A stretch of 36,963 nucleotides of DNA, taken from positions 1-36,963 of the forward strand of contig JBGAQA010000067.1 of NCBI GenBank assembly GCA_044220955.1, given 5' to 3'. This document shows, piece by piece, positions 6,542 through 13,304 of this stretch (position 1 is its first letter; every line of letters starts with the position of its first letter). Both the position numbers and the translations under genes were made by a program. This DNA comes from Sandaracinaceae bacterium (GTDB lineage: Bacteria; Myxococcota_A; Polyangia; Polyangiales; Sandaracinaceae). The notes below the pieces were generated by a model. That model searched no databases and had not been told where the DNA came from. It was given only the letters and a program-made list of their open reading frames with translations.

Positions 6542-8179
6542 TCAGGGCCGGGTGCCCGCGGGTCGAGGCGGCGCGTGCGCGATCGCGGCCCGCAGCGCCT
6601 CGAGCGCCAGGGGCTTGGTGAGCACGGCCCGCACGCCCGCCTGCAGCAGCGCGGCCCGACGCTGGTCGTCGACGAACCCGGTCATGATGAACACCGGCGG
6701 CGGCGAGGGGTCGGTGGCGACCATGGCGCGGTACGCCGCCTCGCCGTCGAGCACGGGCATGTCGAGATCCATGAGCACGAGGTCCACCCCCTGCGGGTCG
6801 CGCTTCAGCGCCTCGATCGCCGCCCGGCCGTCGCCCGCCGCGAGCGCGCGATGCCCCTCGCGCTCGAGCAGGCGGCAGAGGCCGCGGCGCGAGATCGGCT
6901 CGTCCTCGACGACGAGGATCGTCCGCGGTGAGGTGGAGTCGCGACGAACGAGCCCGATGGGGGTGCGGCTCTCGGCGCGGGCGGTCGCGAGGAGCGCCGG
7001 AAGCACGAGGCGGAACGTCGCGCCTTTCCCCTTCGCGCTCCGGCACTCGACGGTGCCTCCGTGCGCCGTGACGATGTCGTGCACGTTCGCGAGCCCGAGG
7101 CCCGAGCCCGCCTCCGGCCCCTTCGTGGTGAAGAAGGGCTCGAAGATGCGCGCCCGCGTGGCCTCGTCCATCCCGATCCCGTCGTCGGCGACGGTGATCG
7201 TGGCGTGATGTCCCGCGACCGCGACGCGCTCGGCGTCGACGTCGCTCGGGGTCGAGTGCCCGAGCGAGACGCGCAGCTCACCGCCCCGCGGCATCGCGTC
7301 CCGCGCGTTGAGGAAGAGGTTCAGCAGCACCTGCTGCAGCGGCCCGTGCTCCCCGCGGACGTGGATGTTGGGCACGATCTCGGCCCGGATCTGGATGGTC
7401 CGCGGGAGCGTCCGCCTCGCCAGCTCCGTGGCCTCGTGGACGAGCGTCGAGAGATCGACCTGCTGGTGCTCCGTGGGGCGGCGCCCGGTGAGGGCGAGGA
7501 TGCGGCGCGTGAGGTCGGCCCCGAGCTGGGCGGCCGCCCCGAGATCCTCGAGGCTCTCGCGCACGTCCGGATCGTGGAGCGTGCGCGCCGGATCGAGCTG
7601 CGCGAGGAAGTGAACGTTCATCACGATCCCGCCCAGGATGTTGTTGATGTCGTGCGCGATGCCCGCGCCGAGCCGTCCGATCCCCTCGAGCTTCTGGCGC
7701 TGCAGGATGCGCTCTTCCAGGGGGTCGACGTGCGCGAAGAGCAGCACCGTCTCGCCGATCTGGATGCGGTCTCCGAAGCGGATCGGCTCCCGGGTCGCGC
7801 GCCGGCCGTTGATGTCCGTGCCGTTGCGGCTCCCGAGGTCGGAGAGCTCCCACTCTCCGTCGGGCCGCCTCTTGAGCGTGGCGTGCTTGCGGGAGGCCAT
7901 CGAGTCGGCGAGGGCGACGCCGCACTGCGGATCGCGGCCGATCGTGTTGGACTCGTCGAGCGCGTACCGTCGCCCGACCGACTTCCCGTGCAGCACGACG
8001 AGGCGAGCGGCGGGCAGGCCGACCCGTGCGGGCGGAGGCCTCGTCGCGGGCAGCGCGCTGCCGGCGAAGGGGGAGGGGAAGTCGAGCGTCACGGTCGGAT
8101 CCGGACGGCGCCCGCGCCGCGCCGCGTCGTCGGGCGGCACGACCGAGGGCGTGTTCTCGTCGTAGTCGTCGTCGGTCAC
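6542..8179 (-). CDS. Cytoplasmic hybrid histidine kinase with an N-terminal FHA domain (FHA-HisKA-HATPase-REC)
   Basis: FHA motifs IGRD, SRKHA and DLGSRNGT; H-box IAHDINN; N-box QVLLNLFLNARDAM; DDGIGM, FEPFFTTK, GSGLGL; C-terminal receiver. The GTG at 8179 overlaps the upstream stop (GTGA); alternative start at 8197. Confidence 0.92.
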   Translation of the reverse strand: MTDDDYDENTPSVVPPDDAARRGRRPDPTVTLDFPSPFAGSALPATRPPPARVGLPAARLVVLHGKSVGRRYALDESNTIGRDPQCGVALADSMASRKHATLKRRPDGEWELSDLGSRNGTDINGRRATREPIRFGDRIQIGETVLLFAHVDPLEERILQRQKLEGIGRLGAGIAHDINNILGGIVMNVHFLAQLDPARTLHDPDVRESLEDLGAAAQLGADLTRRILALTGRRPTEHQQVDLSTLVHEATELARRTLPRTIQIRAEIVPNIHVRGEHGPLQQVLLNLFLNARDAMPRGGELRVSLGHSTPSDVDAERVAVAGHHATITVADDGIGMDEATRARIFEPFFTTKGPEAGSGLGLANVHDIVTAHGGTVECRSAKGKGATFRLVLPALLATARAESRTPIGLVRRDSTSPRTILVVEDEPISRRGLCRLLEREGHRALAAGDGRAAIEALKRDPQGVDLVLMDLDMPVLDGEAAYRAMVATDPSPPPVFIMTGFVDDQRRAALLQAGVRAVLTKPLALEALRAAIAHAPPRPAGTRP

Positions 8180-8850
8180 GTCGGCGGCCCCAGCCACGCC
8201 CGCGCCGCGACCCCGTCCGGGCCCTGCTCCAGGGGCTCCGGGCGCCCGATCTGCGCGAGCAGGAGCTCTGCCGACGCGCTCGTGACCTCGCCCAGACCGG
8301 GGTGGGGCTGCACGCGCACCTCGAGGCGCGGGCCCGGGGCCGACTCGAGCGTGACCGAGAGGACGGGCGCCGGTGTGGTCTGCGGGCGCACCTCGCGGAC
8401 GAGGACGACGAGCAGGCGTGCGAGCGCGTGCGCGCTGGAGGCGGCGAGCTCGACGCCGCCCGCGCCCTCCGGCAGGCGGTTCGCGACGCGGACGCGGCGG
8501 CTGAGCGCGGATCGCGCGAGCTTCAGCGAGCGCTCGATGATCACCTGGGCGCCGGCGCGCTCGTCCACGCCCCCTCGGGCGTACGCGGCGACCTCCTGGC
8601 AGAGGTCGCGGAGGTGCTCGCTGGCGCTCACCACGTCGTCGAGGATCTCCTTGAGCTCGAGCACGCGCTCGTCGGTCGGGAGCTCGTCGACCAGCTGCCG
8701 CGCGACGGTCGCGTTGGACGTCACCGCCGAGAGCGGACTGTTGAGCTCGTGCACGACGCTCGCGACGATCGCCATCGACGCGGCGTCGTTCGACTCGACG
8801 AGCGCGCGCACGGTGGAGGCAGAGACCGGATCGGCGCGTTTCGAGGTCAC
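8176..8850 (-). CDS. HisKA-containing protein with a degenerate ATPase domain (pseudo-histidine kinase, possible phosphotransferase)
   Basis: Intact H-box VVHELNSPLSAV and a DHp-like helix pair. No N-box Asn, DxGxG, F-box or canonical G2 box is recognisable downstream. Confidence 0.7.
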   Translation of the reverse strand: MTSKRADPVSASTVRALVESNDAASMAIVASVVHELNSPLSAVTSNATVARQLVDELPTDERVLELKEILDDVVSASEHLRDLCQEVAAYARGGVDERAGAQVIIERSLKLARSALSRRVRVANRLPEGAGGVELAASSAHALARLLVVLVREVRPQTTPAPVLSVTLESAPGPRLEVRVQPHPGLGEVTSASAELLLAQIGRPEPLEQGPDGVAARAWLGPPT

Positions 8851-8872
8851 GGCGGCTGGATGGTACTACGGA

Positions 8873-9340
8873 CTACTCGAGGACGATCTCGACGTCGATG
8901 TCGTCTGCGCTCGCGTCGGGCGCCGGAGGGAAGGCCGGGGGCACCAGCGTCGGCGCCAGCCGCGGGGGCGCGGCGAGGAGCCGGACGATCTTCGCCTCGA
9001 GGTCGGCCGACCGGAACGGCTTCGTCAGGTAGTGCCGCGCCCCGGCGTTGATGCCCTCGACCATGTCGCGCGGCGCCGTCCGGGCGGTGAGCATCACGAT
9101 CGCTACGCCCGCGTACCGCGGATCGCTCCGCAGCGCGCGCGCCAGCTCGAGCCCCGAGCGGCCGGGCATCATCACGTCCGTCAGCACCACGCGTGGAGGA
9201 GGATCGCGCCGCAGGAGCCCGAGCGCCTCGTCGGCGCTGGAGGCGGTGGTCACGTGCGCGACTCGAGCGAGCGCGACGGCGAGCAAGCGCCGCAGGTCGT
9301 CGTCGTCTTCCACCACGAGAATGCTGGGCAGGGTCGCCAT
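8873..9340 (-). CDS. Single-domain response regulator with a Pro-rich, acidic C-terminal tail
   Basis: MATLPSILVVEDD..TDVMMP..MLTA..TKPF, then the tail PPAFPPAPDASADDIDVEIVLE. This is the last 155 aa of the 1312-aa track ORF. Confidence 0.9.
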   Translation of the reverse strand: MATLPSILVVEDDDDLRRLLAVALARVAHVTTASSADEALGLLRRDPPPRVVLTDVMMPGRSGLELARALRSDPRYAGVAIVMLTARTAPRDMVEGINAGARHYLTKPFRSADLEAKIVRLLAAPPRLAPTLVPPAFPPAPDASADDIDVEIVLE

Positions 9341-9347
9341 GTCCAGG

Positions 9348-9375
9348 GTATCGACCGTCGGCCGTCGTTTCCTTA
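9348..9375 (-). promoter_or_regulatory. Putative sigma28 promoter of the receiver / pseudo-HK / FHA-HK operon
   Basis: Minus strand TAAGG-N15-GTCGATAC, ending 7 nt before the ATG (leaderless geometry). Spacing matches the other three copies. Confidence 0.6.
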
Positions 9376-9424
9376 GCGCCCGAGGTACTGGCCCTGCCGG
9401 GTGCCCGCGCGTAGAGACGTCGCG

Positions 9425-9835
9425 ATGCCCATCTTCCACATCGATCTGCTCGACGACGGCGCGCCGCCCGACGCGGCGCTGCCCAAGAAGCTGGCCGACG
9501 CGCTCGGGGCGCTGCTCGGCGCGGCGCCGGGGCACGTCTGGGTTCGCGTCACGCGCTGCGCCCCCGCCGACTACGCGGAGAACGGGGACGCGCCCGTGCC
9601 GCGCTGGGCGTTCGTGCGGGTGATCCTGCGAGCGCTGCCTCCCGAGATCCCGCCGCCGGGCCTCAAGACGATCCCGGCGAGCGAGGCGCTCGCGGGCAGG
9701 GCCCACGCGATCGCGGGCCTGGTGGCGGCGCACACGGGGCGCGCGCGCGCCGACGTGCACGTCTACTTCGAGCCGCCGGCGGCGGGCCGCATCGCGTTCG
9801 GAGGCGAGCTCGTCCCCTCGTACGAGCCGCTCTGA
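9425..9835 (+). CDS. Tautomerase-superfamily protein
   Basis: Begins M-P-I-F-H-I-D, placing Pro-1 as in the catalytic residue of this superfamily. It has two apparent beta-alpha-beta halves and ends in GRIAFGG. Confidence 0.65.
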   Translation: MPIFHIDLLDDGAPPDAALPKKLADALGALLGAAPGHVWVRVTRCAPADYAENGDAPVPRWAFVRVILRALPPEIPPPGLKTIPASEALAGRAHAIAGLVAAHTGRARADVHVYFEPPAAGRIAFGGELVPSYEPL

Positions 9836-9849
9836 CGCGGCGGGGACCC

Positions 9850-11151
9850 TCACGTCGCGGCGCCCGTCTCCAGGTACGTGCCGAAGCGCTCCCGGTAGGC
9901 GCCGAAGCGCTCCCGGATGCGCTCCGGCGGCAGGCCGAACTCCTGCGCCGTGTACTCGTGCCGGCCGTGGGCGTGCTGCGGGTGGTCGCGGAGCCAGCGC
10001 TGCATGTTCTGCTCCGCGGCGCCGGAGAGCGTCGCGCCGAAGCGCGCGTAGATCTCGCGCACGGCGGCCATCGGATCGGCGGTGAGCGCCCGGTACGAGA
10101 GATCGACGAAGGTGGTGCCGGGGTGCGCGTCGCGCGCGCGGAGCGCAGCGTCGGTCCACTCGCCGAGGTGCTCGAGCATCTCGCGCCCGACCGCGTCGCC
10201 GCGCACGTGGTCGTGGAACGCCTCGCGCATCGTTCGAAACAGGCTGGCCTCCGAGAGGACGACCGACACGGGGTCGCGATGGGTCATCACGATGCGCGCG
10301 TCCGGATACACCGACAGGATCGCGGCGAGCCCGAGCAGGTGCATCGGCGCCTTCAGCACCCAGCGCTCGCCGCGGCAGCGCCACCCGAGCAGCTGCAGCT
10401 GGAGCCGGTGGCGCGCGTAGAGCGGGGCGAGATCCTGGTGATAGAGCCACTCGGCGTACTCGGGTAGGTCCAGCCCGACGAGGAACCAGACGCTGCGCAG
10501 GTCGTTGGCGAAGAGGTTGATGCACTCCTCGGGCTCCGCGGCGCCGATCGCGTGGATCGCGCGGAAGCCCGGCGCGAGCCGGTGCAGGATCGCCAGGTCG
10601 CGGTCGACGCTCGCGATGCGCGGATCCCGCTCGTACGTCGCGCGCTCCGGAGGAGGGCAGGGACGATCCATCTCCCACTGGCGAGGCACGCGATGCGCGG
10701 GGTCCTGCGCGAGCAGGCGGTGCAGGAGCGTGGTGCCCGTTCGCGGGAGCGCGACGATGAACCAGGGCTGCACGATCGGCTCGCGCAGGATCGCGGGGCT
10801 CGCGGCGAGCGTGCTCTGGATCGCCGCGTGGTTGCCGAGGCGCTGCGCGACGGTGCGGCGAAGGAAGGCGCGGCCGAACGTGGTCAGGCGCGGCTGGCTG
10901 GCGGCGGAGCCGAGGAGGCGCCTCACGGCCTCCCGCACGGCGGGATCGAGCGGGGCGCTGCTCGACGCCTCGGCGCGCGCGAGCGCCCGCTCCGGATCCA
11001 GCGAGACGGGCTCGATCCCGAGGCGGCCGAGGCCGCGCCCGAGCGCGTTCAGCCCTCGGACCGGCAGCGGTGCCCGCGGGCGCTCGCGCCGGTCGGCGCT
11101 GCCCGTGCTGACACGGCCCCTGGCCACACTGCTCATGGCCGCACTGTTCAT
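9850..11151 (-). CDS. PAPS-dependent sulfotransferase family protein
   Basis: 5'-PSB loop FIVALPRTGTTLLH, EEC, WVLKAPMHL and 3'-PB motif MTHRDP..S. The start is uncertain (11151 or 11136) because of the tandem repeat. Confidence 0.88.
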   Translation of the reverse strand: MNSAAMSSVARGRVSTGSADRRERPRAPLPVRGLNALGRGLGRLGIEPVSLDPERALARAEASSSAPLDPAVREAVRRLLGSAASQPRLTTFGRAFLRRTVAQRLGNHAAIQSTLAASPAILREPIVQPWFIVALPRTGTTLLHRLLAQDPAHRVPRQWEMDRPCPPPERATYERDPRIASVDRDLAILHRLAPGFRAIHAIGAAEPEECINLFANDLRSVWFLVGLDLPEYAEWLYHQDLAPLYARHRLQLQLLGWRCRGERWVLKAPMHLLGLAAILSVYPDARIVMTHRDPVSVVLSEASLFRTMREAFHDHVRGDAVGREMLEHLGEWTDAALRARDAHPGTTFVDLSYRALTADPMAAVREIYARFGATLSGAAEQNMQRWLRDHPQHAHGRHEYTAQEFGLPPERIRERFGAYRERFGTYLETGAAT

Positions 11152-11165
11152 GGCCGCACTGTGTC
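11121..11165. repeat. Three imperfect 15-bp tandem repeats over the sulfotransferase start
   Basis: TGGCCACACTGCTCA / TGGCCGCACTGTTCA / TGGCCGCACTGTGTC at 11121, 11136 and 11151. Confidence 0.85.
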
Positions 11166-11196
11166 AGAGAACGAGGGCGAGGAGCGAGCGCGGCCG

Positions 11197-11916
11197 CTAT
11201 CGCCGACGGCGGAGCACGGCGCCGATCGCCAGGCCGAGCACCACGTTCACCGCGAGCATCCCGCCGAGCAGGAGCCGCAGCGCGGGCGCCGAGCCTCGCG
11301 TCACCAGGATGGGGCCGAGCGCGACCAGCGGCTCCGCGGCCGCCGTCCCGGCCGGCATCACCGTGCTCACGACGGTCACGCGCTCCGGCGCGAGCCCCGG
11401 CACTGCGCCGGCGACGATCGCGCGCACGGCCGCCTCGTCCACCGTCGCGCCGCGTCGCGCGCGCACGAGCACGGACGCCACCGCGACCGGCGGCGCCTGA
11501 TCCATCGGCACCACGCTCGGGTCCGGGAGGCCCACGTGCACGCGCGCGTCGTGCACGCCGTCGAGGGCCTCGATCGAGCGCGCCAGATCCACCGCGAGGG
11601 CCGCCGACCGCCGGGCGCGCTCCTCGCCAGCCGTGGGGATGAGGCTCGGCTCGGCGTACGCCTCGGCGGTCCCGGCCGCGTCGGCGCGCGGAAGGCCCTC
11701 CTCGCGCAGCACGCCCAGCGCCCGGCCGACGTCGGACTCGGCGATCACCACGTCGCAGCCCTCGCCGCCTCGTCCCCCCTGGGTCGTCGCGCCGATGCCG
11801 CGCTCGCCCAGCGCCACGACGATCTCGTCCGCCTGCGGCTCGCTCAGCCCGCGCTCGAGCACTGCCGTGCACGCGGTGAGCGCGAGCACGATCCCGAGTC
11901 CGGCCACGCGCCTCAC
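11197..11916 (-). CDS. Type III secretion inner-membrane ring lipoprotein, SctJ/YscJ/EscJ family (orphan)
   Basis: Lipobox LTAC, then GLSEPQADEIVVAL..GI, GLPR, SLIPT..EERAR...LARSIEALDGVHDARVHV, ASVLV, IVAGAVPGLAPERVTVV, and a C-terminal TM helix with a basic stop-transfer (RRRR). Confidence 0.85.
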   Translation of the reverse strand: MRRVAGLGIVLALTACTAVLERGLSEPQADEIVVALGERGIGATTQGGRGGEGCDVVIAESDVGRALGVLREEGLPRADAAGTAEAYAEPSLIPTAGEERARRSAALAVDLARSIEALDGVHDARVHVGLPDPSVVPMDQAPPVAVASVLVRARRGATVDEAAVRAIVAGAVPGLAPERVTVVSTVMPAGTAAAEPLVALGPILVTRGSAPALRLLLGGMLAVNVVLGLAIGAVLRRRR

Positions 11917-12031
11917 GCGCGGAGATCTCGCAGACGCGCGGGCTCGACGTCAACGTGCCCTGGTGGCGGGCGAGCCCGCGCCGCGGCGCGCGTCGTCGTG
12001 GCGCGGCGAACGAGCGGCGCGCCGTGGTAGC

Positions 12032-13255
12032 GTGATCGCCCTCTTGTCGAGCCTCGCTTCCCTCGCTCCCATCGGTCGCATCGGCCGCTACGACGTGCTC
12101 GGGCGTCTCGCGCAGGGCGGGATGGCGGAGGTCTTCCTCGCGCGCTCGTCGGGGGCCGCCGGCGTCGCGCGCTTCGTCGTGCTCAAGCGCATACTCCCCG
12201 CGGCCGAGAAGAACCTCGACGCGACGGGCGCGTTCGTGACCGAGGCCCGCCTGCTCGCGAAGCTCTCGCACCCCTCGCTCGTCTCCATCGAGGAGTTCGG
12301 CCAGGACCAGGGCAAGCACTTCCTGGTGATGGAGTGGGTGCGCGGCGTCTCGCTCCGGCGCTTGCTCGAGGCGGCCAAGGCGCGCGGCGGGATCCCGTGG
12401 CCGATCGCGGTCCGCATCTTCGCCGATCTGGCCGGGGCGCTCCACCACGCGCACGTCGCGAAGGACGAGCGCGGTCGACCGCTGGGCGTCGTGCACCGCG
12501 ACGTCACCCCGGAGAACGTGATCGTGAGCTGGGACGGCTCGCCCAAGCTGCTCGACTTCGGGATCGCCAAGTCGAGCATCGATCCGCAGAAGACCCAGAT
12601 GGGCGTGCTCAAGGGCAAGCTCCAGTACATCGCCCCGGAGCAGTACCAGGGGCTGCCGCTCGACGCGCGCAGCGACGTGTTCGCGCTCGCCGTCTGCATG
12701 TACGAGGCGCTCACCAGCGAGTCCCTCTACGCCCGCGCGAGCGAGTACGAGACGGTGGCGGCCATCGTCCTCGATCCCACCGTGCCCAAGGTGCGCGCGG
12801 TCCGCCAGCACGTGCCCGAGGAGCTCGACGCGATCGTGGGCGCGGCGCTCGCGAAGGATCGCGACCTGCGGACCCCGACGGCCGACCGCGTGTCCGCCAC
12901 GCTGGAGAAGCTCCTCGTCGACATGCGGCAGAGCGTGCGCGACGCGGACGTCGCGAAGTACCTCGCGCAGATCTTCCCGGGCGAGTCGGGGCGCGATCCA
13001 CAGCTCGACCGCTCCCCCCTCGCGGGAGCCGCCGGCCCGCGGCGCCGGAGCGCGAGCAAGGAGATGGAGGCGATGGTGCTCGGCGCCGAGGCCGACCTCG
13101 ACGCGGACGCGCTCGCCGCGAGCGGGCGCGGCCGGGGCCGCTCGGTCCTCGGGCTCATGTTCGTGGCGCTGCTCTGCGCGGCGGGCCTCTTCGCGTGGGC
13201 GACGCTCCGCGCGGTCGAGCCCGCCGGGGCGCCGCCGGCGAGCAGCGCGCCCTAA
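12032..13255 (+). CDS. Membrane-anchored Ser/Thr protein kinase
   Basis: QGGMA, VLK, HRDVTPEN, DFG, APE and a C-terminal TM segment. The start is uncertain (GTG 12032 or TTG 12044). Confidence 0.9.
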   Translation: MIALLSSLASLAPIGRIGRYDVLGRLAQGGMAEVFLARSSGAAGVARFVVLKRILPAAEKNLDATGAFVTEARLLAKLSHPSLVSIEEFGQDQGKHFLVMEWVRGVSLRRLLEAAKARGGIPWPIAVRIFADLAGALHHAHVAKDERGRPLGVVHRDVTPENVIVSWDGSPKLLDFGIAKSSIDPQKTQMGVLKGKLQYIAPEQYQGLPLDARSDVFALAVCMYEALTSESLYARASEYETVAAIVLDPTVPKVRAVRQHVPEELDAIVGAALAKDRDLRTPTADRVSATLEKLLVDMRQSVRDADVAKYLAQIFPGESGRDPQLDRSPLAGAAGPRRRSASKEMEAMVLGAEADLDADALAASGRGRGRSVLGLMFVALLCAAGLFAWATLRAVEPAGAPPASSAP

Positions 13256-13304
13256 ATCGAGTTGGGCGCCGCTCGCACCGGCTCGCCGCCCGACGCGCGC
13301 GGCG

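Noticed and set aside
8176..8850. Pseudogene of a histidine kinase
   Set aside because: There is no frameshift or internal stop, the H-box is intact and the gene is tightly coupled to its neighbour, so a functional degenerate protein is more likely.
11197..11916. Flagellar M-ring FliF assignment
   Set aside because: At 239 aa with a lipobox and a single C-terminal TM it fits SctJ/YscJ. FliF is much longer and has two TM helices.
8873..12811. 1312-aa track ORF containing a QCGHEQCGHEQCG Cys/His motif
   Set aside because: This is a GC-rich shadow frame. Only the last 155 aa are a real receiver protein, and the motif is the 15-bp DNA repeat read out of frame.
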